Below, in pieces: positions 53,969-64,000 of a DNA stretch of 64,000 nt (position 1 is the stretch's first letter; each line of letters begins with the position of its first letter). The notes under the pieces were generated by a model. The model did not search any database and was not told the DNA's origin. It saw only the letters and a list, made by a program, of their open reading frames with translations. The translations under genes were made by a program, and so were the position numbers. Origin of the DNA: Camelus ferus (Eukaryota); NCBI RefSeq assembly GCF_009834535.1, contig NC_045696.1, forward strand, positions 32,862,001-32,926,000, given 5' to 3'.

Positions 53969-55302
53969 TATCTCTTTGGGACTGTGGCTTAAGGAGTATC
54001 AGTTATCTTGTTCTCTTGGAGACGCTGTGCTCTTAATGATTTTATCGAGAGGTCTTTGTGTCTTCGCCCTGTTTCATGAACTCAGCTTGCTGTTTCCAGA
54101 GGCCCTTAGTTGGCACCCTCGTCTGTGCTGCTCCCAGTGGCTGTGGGCTAGCAGATCACGCCCCCTCCCAACACTGGGTCTGGTGCTGATCTCTTATCCG
54201 GTGGGTGGGCGGGTCACTCCCCTTCCCGATGCTGCAGTCAGATGCTGCACTCGGGGAGGCAGGTGAGCAGATCGCACCCCCTCTCAGCACTGTGGTCAGG
54301 TGCTGCATTCCTGCCAGGAAAGCAGGTTGCCACCTGCCCTTTCCCCGCACCTGTCACTCCGCTGCTCTGTGCAGCTGCCCGCTCTGGCTCTGGTCGGTGT
54401 TCTGAAGGCGGGCTCAAGGAAGATCGCGGAATGGCTCCGCCTCTGCTCCATGCCAAATCTCAGCTCCTTATTTGTCTTGGAAGCGCAAGTTCTCTGAGGT
54501 GCCAGGGCAGAAAGACCCTATCTGCCTCCAGCTGTAAACAAGTCTCGGTCCTGCCTAGGAGGTTTCGGAGTCCCCAGGTGCGGATTCAGGTCTTGGCCCC
54601 ACCCCCGCCGGGGCGCTGCGCACAAGAGAGTATGACGGCTGTGGCTGAGCCCCGCTTCTCTTCTCGCGAGAAGCCCTAGTAATGGGCGCACAAGTCTGAG
54701 GAGACAAAGGCTGTGGCGCCCCTCCACCCAGTGCACACAAGCCCTGTTGCTTTGCTTTTTTCACAATTTATGGGGGACCGAGATTGTTCTGCTCCATATC
54801 CCCTCCCAGCCAAGGCATGCAGTCCCCTGCAGTCCCCCAGGGCTGCCTCAGTGCAGCTGCCCCAGTCCTCCGCCTGGCTCAGGTGGCCTGTCCCGGCCCC
54901 AGCTGCCGGCTCGCATCTCGGGCTGGATGTCGCAGGGACCCTTTGTTCCCGTTTAACTCAGTTCTTTAGGACAGGGGGTGCTCAGGGCAGATCTGAGCCT
55001 CAGAGGCTCCCTCTCTGTCCCAGTGGCCTCCGTTGGAGAGGGGAGACCCAGCAAACGAGCACCAGTCCTTCTTTGCCGCTCCCTCCCCGCGGGACCGGTC
55101 CTACACTGTTTTGCTTTTTCTTCTTTTTCCCTTTTTTCCTACCAGATTTTTGGTGTCTTTGTCTTTCGAAGAGTGCGATGTTCTGTGTGAGTTCAGCAGG
55201 TGCTCTGGTTGGCTAAGTGGGTCCGTAGATGTGAGTTTTGGTGTATTTGTGGGAGAGGGTGAGCTACAAGCGTCCTTCTACTCTGCCGTCTTACTTCTCT
55301 CT
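53969..55302 (-). promoter_or_regulatory. L1 5'UTR / internal promoter region, GC- and CpG-rich
   Basis: The only extended GC-rich stretch in the window. The 5' end reads agagagaagtaagacggcagagtagaagg on the - strand, a variant of the L1 5' YY1 motif AAGATGGCG. Degenerate internal repeats (gcagatc...ccccct...cactg...ggtgctg) at ~54150 and ~54265. Activity is not shown by the sequence. Confidence 0.7.
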
Positions 55303-55789
55303 CCAGTATTGATATTTTAAAACTGTTCTCTCTTCTAGTAATTATTTTCTAGAGAATAAAAATATACTGATTTAAAGAGAATTTTATAAATTAATCTATT
55401 TTCTATCTTTTAACAAACTTTTAAGGCATTTTCAGACCTTGAAAGGAGCACATTTTTTCATAGTAGCTTTACTACATTCATCCTGTGCAGTTCACTTTGG
55501 TAGTTCTTACCCTCTGATAAGCTTAAATTGCTTATAGAAAACATTTTTCAACGGCAGTTCGCTATCTAAATGTGGCAGTGCATTTCAGTATTATAGCTTC
55601 AAGAAGTGCTTTTGGCTGTAAGTTCAATACTTGGACTAAGAAAGAAGTGTAATAGACTCTTGGCAGCGTTTGACGTACTTAAGTCCTAATTTCTTACTCC
55701 CGGTTCTGTGTATCTAATACCAGAACTTTTTCCTCACCTTCCCTTCCATTTCAACTTTTATTCCTTTTGCTTATTATTTTCCAACTCTG

Positions 55790-55823
55790 TTCCTCCTTTC
55801 TCTCTCTCTTTTCTTTCTGTCTT

Positions 55824-55855
<32 letters not shown>

Positions 55856-55862
55856 CTTTTTT
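55790..55862. repeat. Polypyrimidine tract with a ~30-nt poly-T run
   Basis: ctctctcttttctttctgtctttc followed by a long T run. Confidence 0.9.
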
Positions 55863-58800
55863 GCTTCTGTTTCTCCTTATAACCCCAGAAGTCAGCATTT
55901 GGGGATGTAATAAAGGAAGATGATCAGGATCAGGGCATGGCAAATCAGTTTTTACTTTTACCCTTTCTCCATAGTTCTGCCCCAAAGTACATATGTGTAC
56001 ATTCAGAATATATGTACAACTTATGCAATGAAATGAGGTGAAGATGGAAAATATATAGAATGCTTGGGAGTAAATAGATCCCTGCTCAAATAGAGCCCAA
56101 TTACCTGTCAGTGGTCTACTCTTTGGTTCCATATCCACTCCCAACAACAGAAACAGAATTTTATTCACATAAATGCTTGGAGTCTGATCTGTGTAATTAG
56201 TTTATTAAGTAGTCTGTTTCTCTCAGCTCAGATATGGCTGAATAGCTGTGCCTTATTGTGGGTCTCTGTTTCAGTTACCTAGAAACAAACTCAGTGTGCA
56301 ATACTCCTCTGCACTGCAGATAAATGTAAAGCCCAATGATCTCTCATTTATTTATTTAAGAATTAAAAGTTTAAGAAATAGAAAATGTCACCTTTCTCGG
56401 AAGGACCCTAATTAGTATCACTTTGCTATAGGTAGTGGAAATAAAAAGGCTCCTTATTTTACAAAAAGGAAAACTAAAGCTCAGTGTTAACCAGTGTTCC
56501 TTATTTATCCATATTTTAAATGGATGAGTCAGACTTTAAACTTAGTTCAGTCAATGCCCAAAGCTTACATTCCTTCACCGATTTTCTGCTGCTTCAGTTG
56601 CTGAATCCATATTGTCAATTATGTTAGCCAAAGTCACTTTTGAAAAACTAGGATGGGCTCTCTGATAACGTGCAGCACTGAACTGCAGTCCCTGGATGCT
56701 AGAAGTTGGAGAACTGGCTCCTCCCAGGACACTTTACTGCTGCCATTCTCTCGTTTCATGCTTTCTTCTATTTGTATGCCATTTCTGGAAATTTGCAAAA
56801 TTCCTAACAAACTGACCATTTCTAGCATGAATATACAGCCATATTAAAACCTCTAATTAGTTTAGTATCTTCCAGCAATTAACTTCTAAGCTCCATAAGG
56901 GTTAAAATATTTATTACGTTTTATCTTATCATTATGGATCCTAATTTTATGTTCTCTATGCTGTGGTCCACAACTAAATCTACATTAACATTCTCTTGTA
57001 TTGTATTCTTATTCCCAACTTTCTGTTTTACCATTTTCTTTCCTAAGGTCATTGGCATTAAAGGTATAGCCAACTGCTTTGATTCCTTTTTGCCTTTAGA
57101 CCACTGCTTCTCTTAAGTCCTTCCTAATTATCTTAAAATACACTCATCTGCATTTTCAAAGTAACTGTCATTTCCAATAAATGAAGGCAGTATCCTCTTT
57201 AAAGACAGTCTTATTTCTAGCCTCTCTTTAGTTTTTGTTCTATCTCTAATAGTGCCAGATGAGGCAGATAGGACAAAAACCAATAAACAAACAAGGGAAG
57301 ACAAAATAAATGATTGGATTTTCCCAGAAGGAAATTTTGCTGATCATAAAGCAAACAAGTCTCACTAGAGCAAAGAGAACAGAAGGCCGATTGAAATGGA
57401 TTAATCAGGAAGTTAGTAGCTGGTGGGGAAGCAAAGAAAATGGGAAGACCACCCACTTCAGAAAAAGAATCATTAAACCTGGAAAAGGGTGAGAAAGTTA
57501 CATCACACAGAAGTTTTAAAATGAAAAATGGTAGAGAGGCTGCCCATATTTTAAGATAGGATCAAAAAAGCCTGTAAACAGGGGGCTAAAAATGAAGTAT
57601 GTGATATCATATGTACCCAGTGGGGTAGGTCCGAATTTCCTATTTTACTCCGGTAATCACTGTCAGAGTTCTGCCCCATTACTTTGCATCTATTACACCT
57701 GATTCCCCATTTTGTCATTTTTAGAATCCCTGAGAAGCAATGCTGTGGCTTAGCTTCTAATTGGCTCCTGAAACACCTAATTTCTATTATCTTTACCATT
57801 TACCTGAGCCACCTTGAATGAGCAGGTGAGACTCAGAAATGAATAATGGATATGTGATTTCTTTACATCCTGTAGCTGACTTAAATCCATGACTAAGTTG
57901 ATATTGTTTCCTAAAAATATTTGACGAACGTATGATATCTTGAAGAATGAGCTATTCATGAATGATGGTGCGTTAATAGTAGCCAAGAATACCACCACTA
58001 TCTTTTGTATAAATCACAGAACTGTGGAGTAGCTCAGCTTGTGCTGAGACTCATTCCCTAGCCTGGCCTCCTGTATGCTAATATTGTTTTCCTTGTTCTA
58101 AATGCGAGGGCCCTAGTGACTGTTTATGAACAATCATGCCTTATTTGCCTGCTTTGGACTGAAGCCTTTTGCTGTTTTCCTGTGGAACAGCTGCATAACT
58201 TGGGCCAGGACCAAATTGTTCCACTTGACATTGCTATAGAGGCATTCTATTCTTTCCTTAAAAGAGAGATTACTGTACATGTCTGTCTTTTGTTTTAATT
58301 TTAGTTTAAAGTGAGGACTGAGCTAATGCCAACCACTTTCCTTTCAAGTCCCCAGAGTTTTTGCAACCATCGTCTTTCTTTGGCTGAATTCCCAGGCAGC
58401 TTTCAGGCAGCAGCATTCTCCATTTATAGAAGTAGAGGGGGGGAAATAGCTGTTATATTACATTAAAGTTATGACCTTAAAAGGTGTGGGGTTGCCCCTC
58501 ACATGCTGCAGCTAAAGAATCATCATTCATTTTAATCAAATGTTTAACACTTTGTAAATTTACTTCAGAAAAATAAAGGGATATTTTCAGTCATGTGTAT
58601 TTATTATTTATTCTATAACAGAAAATAACTGTAGGTATTGATAAATTTTTCACTGTATCCAGCATGATGTTTATGTTGTACTTACTGTTTTACCTTCTGG
58701 TAACCACAGTGTTTCTTATGTTTTTGGCATAAATCTAGTATATGTAATTGCATAGCACATAACATTGCTATTATGTACAAGAAGAAAGATTTTCATCTTT

Positions 58801-59149
58801 AGGAAGACAGATCACATATCGTATAACAACTAGTGAGATATTTTAGAGGAACACTTATGCATCCATTTTCAAAATGATCAAGACTTTAAGAAGAAATTTG
58901 ATAAGAACACACTGATGCATTTTCCTTTTTGCATAATAGAGCTTTTAAAACGAGATGCAAATTAAGGCAAAACAATTTTATTTGACGTCCCTGTTCTCAG
59001 CCTAGTGTGCATCTTTTTTACAAATCACAGGTTATTTACTAATTGTCATATAATCTAGTCACAGTCAGAAGTGACAAAACAAACGAGTTAAAGAAGGCAA
59101 GTTATCCAGGGTGAAATGTATTAGCCCCAAACAAAACAAAGTATAAATT

Positions 59150-59625
59150 TGTCAACCAAAGAACCATGCAAGAGGCTGTAAATAATAAAATAGTTTCTTT
59201 GGGGTCTTAAGAACTGCAATTCAGGAGAACACATGTTCCGATTAAACCAAAGGAATGCTCAGGGGAAAAGAAAGAGTCAGGGGCTTAAAAAGGCAAAAGG
59301 CATGAGACTGTTAAAAGTTGCCTGATGAGAATTGTGATTGACTCTGATGTGAGTCAGAAAATATTTGTCCTTAAGGAATCATGTATTATTTTAGGGTAGT
59401 CCAATAAGTAGATAGGCTGCCTCAAGTTATTTTAGGGTTAAGGGTCCAGTAAGTATCTTGAGTTTCTGGCAGATGACTTGGAAGCCTTCATTAGAACAGT
59501 GAGATCAGGAGGTCAGACTCCATCGGGCTGAGATGTGCAGAAGTCACACTTCCTTAATGCTCTCCTGGCTCCATTTTAGAGAGTTCTTTCAACAACACGG
59601 ACTCCATTTTGATTTTCCTTTCACA
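59150..59625 (-). mobile_element. Solo LTR, ERV1/MER4-group-like (476 bp)
   Basis: TG...CA termini. The - strand begins tgtgaaaggaaaatcaaaatggagtc. 4-bp flanks aatt/aact (3 of 4 matching). Confidence 0.72.
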
Positions 59626-59929
59626 AACTTTGGGAAAAGAGTATGAGTTACAATGATAATAATTTTATATGATTTGACCTAATGCCTAGTAGATGTTAAT
59701 TATACAATACCTATCTCTCTCCTGCCATCTATGCTATAGAAAGCCATCTAATTAATCTTCAAGGTCTTTGTTTATGTTCAGATATAATACCTAAGCTGTC
59801 CTGCTCTAGGGCAGAAAAAACTGACACAGTAGAAAGGGAAATACAGTAGTAGGTTTGAAGAATAAATCTGTGCGTATCTGTTGGCCTAAGTGGTCTTGAG
59901 CAAATCGCTTAACCACACCAAAAAATTTT

Positions 59930-60135
59930 TTTTGATTAATAAGCTTTATATTTTTTAACAGTTTTAGGTTCACAGTGAAATTGAGTGGAAAGTGCAGACA
60001 GTTCCCATATACCCCCCATCCCGACTGATGTACAACCTCCCTCACTATCAACAGACCACACGACAGCGGTACATTTATTACAAACCTTAAATCTGCAGGG
60101 ACTAATCATTTTCACCCCAAAGTCTGTAGTTCACC
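59930..60135 (-). mobile_element. L1MC-like 3'-end fragment
   Basis: cagttttaggttcacagtgaaattgagtggaaagtgcagacagttcccatataccccc motif. Confidence 0.68.
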
Positions 60136-61786
60136 AATGTCACCAAGTATTTTTCTATTTTATGAAATAAAGAAACAAAAATCTAGTAAACAAATCATTT
60201 TAAATATTAATGAAAATAGATACGAAATTTATGCCTTCAAGTAATTTCATAATAAATAATAGTCATGAGGATGATAAAAAGCTATTATTCTATTAAACAA
60301 TTACATATAGTGTATCTCACCAAGGTTTAAACTCAGAAGTCTTAATTATGTTTCTAATACTCATGCTGATATTGGGCTACCAGAATGACCCTGCAAACTG
60401 AATTATTATCTCAAATGTCCTCCAGGTCTCTGAAATTCAAGGTTCCAAGCAGAATAAACTCATCCTAGGACAATGATCTGTGACTTTCTAAAGAATGAAC
60501 AGCAAAGGAATCCAGACTAAAGTCATGGCAAAACTGACAGAGCAACAAAGCTTTCTTAGTTGAGTTTAAATGATAATAATGAGCTGTAGGAAAGAGGAGC
60601 TGAGGCATGAACCCTCATCAGGGGTCAAATGTAAAACAACTAGAAATGGGAAAATCCTGAGCTGCTCCACAGTGTTCAGGTAGAAACTTATTTAGAACAA
60701 TTGGAAAGAACCAAAAGGGGTAGAGAATGAGTCCTGGTTCCACGAATGTGGAGAAGGCTACACTGTAGAGTTCTGCTGGGATGAAAGAGACTAACTAGTT
60801 AGCTAGTTTCAACATAGACAGCCAAAGCAGGAGACCTGGAAGCTTTCAAGAAACCAAAACTAAGTGAATAGCATGGCTCATGTGTGGTTGAGAAACCAGG
60901 TCTGTAATGTAGAAGACCTTGTTCTGGTGCAGGTGTCCAAGTTCATTCATGCTTATTGTCTTATTTAAACCATACATCTACCCTGTTATAAAAGGTTTTC
61001 AAAGACTCTTATTATTGTTGTTTCGTAGATAAGGAAAATAAGTCCTGTGGAGATTATATGACCTCTTCTGTTCACGCAGTTGATAAATGGTAAAATTGGA
61101 ATTAAAAGACACATTTTTAAAAATTTAACAATATTGATGGTTGTGTTTTCAAGTCTCTTATATTGTTTTTTCACAATAGCCCAGTAAAGTTGGCACAAAT
61201 GAAAGAGTTCTTACAAACTTCTAGGAAAGCCTGTGTTTTAACCAAATCATTGTAAAAGATTACCAGTTATTAGTCAAACCTGTATTAGCAGATCTAAACA
61301 TTATCTAAAGAGTCTTTAAATAGATCTGTAGTTTTTGCTTGGATATCATGATTGTATGCATAATAATTACTATGTTGTTAAATATAATATAATTTATAAA
61401 TTTATAAATGAATATAAATATGTTTTTAAAAACCAGATTATATTATGTTCTTAATTTTTTGTATCTTTGAGAAAATTAAGACTGCAGATTAAAACTACAC
61501 AGCAATATCAGTGCAAAGACCATATCAATGTAATGGTATATGATGCAGAGCCTTAGAGAGTAAATAGAATAAGCAGAAAATAAAAAATAATAAAAAAAAA
61601 AAAACACTCCTCAAAAATATATCTTTCTTGTTAAATACTGTGCTTAATATGTCACCAAAACAACTGGTGGAGTAAACATAATGAGGGACTTCTTATTGTG
61701 TAAAAACTCTCACAGAGGCAGTGGTTGGATGATAAAAGTGACAGAGCATTTAGATTGTTTATTCCCCCTTGTGTTCTGATATCTAG

Positions 61787-61872
61787 AGAGAGATAGTCTC
61801 CATTAATTACTTAAAAGTTTAAGACAATAGAGAGATAGTCTCCATTAATTACTTAAAAGTTTAAGACAATAG
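61787..61872. repeat. Perfect 42-bp tandem duplication
   Basis: agagatagtctccattaattacttaaaagtttaagacaatag at 61789-61830 and 61831-61872. Confidence 0.95.
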
Positions 61873-64000
61873 TCATTTTTTTCTAAAATGTTTTCAGAGG
61901 AATAATATTGGGAAATTATCTCCAAGTTTTCATCATTAAAAAATATATATATCCATGTGCTGTCCTTTCCGTGTGAGTTTCTTTTCTGAGGCACATATGG
62001 TCTTTGGCGTCCATCTCATGGCTTCAAAATTTAATCACACGTTGACTCTCTGGAAACACACAAGTGGTTGTCTTGGAAATGAGACTGAATATATTTGGTT
62101 TTGTTTTTGAAACAACAAGCTGACTCTCGGTAATCTCCACTGCTGTTACTTAGACTGGGCATCTGTGGTGTGTTGGGCACTCAGTCATTTTCAATTAAAT
62201 GTTCTTGTGTCTTGTGAAAGTCCCACGAGAGCTTGCAGAACCATAATTATAGATCCATAGAGGAAATGTACTTCTTGAAGCAATTTTCTGGCAACAAAAA
62301 CCAATTATTTTGAGGGATTAGGTAAATGTTCAGTGGGAAACTCTAACACTAAATTTTCTCAATATGTTTAAGACACCACTGTGAAATGATGCTGTCATAT
62401 ACTTGACTAGATTTTTAAGATGTGCACTTTTGGGCTCATGGTTTAAAAATTTATCTTTTTTTTATATATTAATTATGAGATTACATCTAAGTATTTTACT
62501 CCTTATTTGAAGATCTGTAAACATTGCATTTGTGTTTATGTAAAAACAGTCATCAAAGTGGGAATTAAGGAAAAGTATAGAAACAAAAATCACACTTAAC
62601 TTTAAAAAAAGCTGAAATACTGTGCCTCATCCTTAATTTAAAAAAGTGTTAACCCATTGCTCAGCAAGTGCCATTCAATTAGGTGTTTTTTTCTCTTTGC
62701 ATTTTTTTTTCCATGCAGTGTCATAATGTTAGAGCTAATATCTTTCTGGTGATCACCAGTCAACTTACTGAGATGTACATTGTTCTGTGCTGGTATATTT
62801 TGACTATCACTTTTGCATAATATATGAAGAAAACAAAATGTGGAAAACAAAATTAATTAAAAATTACTGTAGATATTTAGTATTATTTCAGTTAATGGTG
62901 ATACCAAGAAAATTCCTAAGTGGAAAGCCATTTATTCATATTCTAAAGAAATTTTCTTGCATTATATGTGTTTTTACAATGCTTGGTGTGTATTGTTTCA
63001 CTTTTCCAAATATAACCTCAATCATACAGTCACCCCTAAACTTTGAAGTCTGAAAAAAATTTGAACAGCAATGAACGAAGTTGTAGAAAATATGAACATT
63101 TACAGATGTCTTCAATTAGAATAGGGGGAATCTGTTAGTGATGGATGATGGTTTTAAAGCCCAGCCCTCAAATTCAGAATACCAAAAATATCTGGGAAGC
63201 TTAAAGGAAAGGAGAAAGAAAAGAGATAGACAAAATTTTTAAAGCAGGAGAAAAGAGCAGTAAATTTGAAAATTGTTGGTTTTATTAACATCAATTATGG
63301 TGAACCTGGGTTTTGGGGACATTCAGGTAAAGAACATGCTAAGTCCTGGTCACTTCAGTTCCTCTAAAACCATCACTGACTGCCCAGTAATGTATGTTCA
63401 AACTAGAGATCTTGGCTCCAAAAAAGCAGTTGAATGACTTGAAGTATGTTCTGGTTAATACTATAGAAAAATTTGATCCTTTGAGAAGGATTTCATCCAA
63501 ATGATTAAAATCCTTGCAAACGTTTTAATCTTAAATTTCATTTATCTTCAGCATTTACTCACATGGAGCATTTAATTCCCCAGCTACCAGATAAATGATG
63601 TGCACTTACTTTTACTTTTCCAAGACCATTGGTTTTAATATTAGAAAAGAAACAAGTCATGGAGCAGAAGCGATTCTATAATGGTGACGCAGTGTTTAAC
63701 CTAAGTATGAGACCTTATAAGGTTAATTAGCACAATTTTATAGTAGTGAAAGTAATGGATTGTAGAGTAACTTTTATATGGAAAATAGAACCCCATCATT
63801 GCAACGTGCCCTTGAACTGAATGGTTTTCAGGGATTAGGATGCTTGTAGATATATTTTATATGGTATCAAATTGTCCTTATAATGTATACAGATTGATAA
63901 AGTAGCAGATTCTGGGAAACTCAAACTCAAGTTCTTGATTTAAAAAACATGAGATGTTCCAAAATCTAGCTTAGTCAAAGGCAATTTCAAGGAGTTATTA

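Larger units (their letters stand above)
52249..55302 (-). mobile_element. Young LINE-1-derived element with complete 5'UTR and ORF1 but lacking almost all of ORF2 (3,054 bp)
   Basis: Perfect 16-bp TSD ccagtattgatatttt at 52233-52248 and 55303-55318. The right copy is followed by aa, giving the L1 endonuclease site TT/AAAA on the - strand. T-rich tail 52249-~52278, 3'UTR to 52557, ORF2 C-terminal remnant 52558-52928, ORF1 53069-53968, GC/CpG-rich 5'UTR 53969-55302. Confidence 0.95.

Noticed and set aside
53961..55320. Dense stack of overlapping 60-167 aa ORFs on both strands
   Set aside because: They lie in the GC-rich L1 5'UTR, where stop codons are rare. Many start at GTG/TTG and none resembles a known protein. 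Only the ATG frame at 54770 is kept, as a low-interest finding.
55758..56168. 136-aa Lys-rich ORF on the - strand
   Set aside because: The poly-Lys is just the translated poly-T tract; no splice or homology support.
50616..64000. Search for the next CADM2 exon (second half of Ig domain 3)
   Set aside because: I found no AG-flanked phase-2 frame with the expected Ig Trp and YxC motifs; it presumably lies beyond the window.

Overview
AT-rich mammalian genomic DNA lying inside the large CADM2 (SynCAM2/Necl-3) gene on the + strand. Four consecutive coding exons (11568-11720, 13859-13996, 31771-31941, 50525-50615) splice in frame through canonical AG/GT sites. They encode the C-terminal half of the Ig V domain, the whole second Ig domain and the start of the third. 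The rest is intron containing eutherian repeats (old L1M, L2, MIR, MER DNA transposons, MaLR/ERVL/ERV1 solo LTRs) and several lineage-young L1 insertions with target-site duplications (TSDs). I saw no Alu, ruminant Bov-A/BovB, pig PRE-1 or carnivore SINE; a camelid-like artiodactyl is my best guess (inference only). The most unusual object is a 3,054-bp TSD-flanked L1 derivative (52249-55302, - strand). It has a full 5'UTR and an almost intact ORF1 joined directly to the last ~370 nt of ORF2, a half-L1 (HAL1)-like or spliced-L1 structure. No prokaryotic-type system, CRISPR array or RNA gene was seen. Repeat family names were assigned by eye from remembered consensus motifs, and their boundaries are approximate unless a TSD is given.
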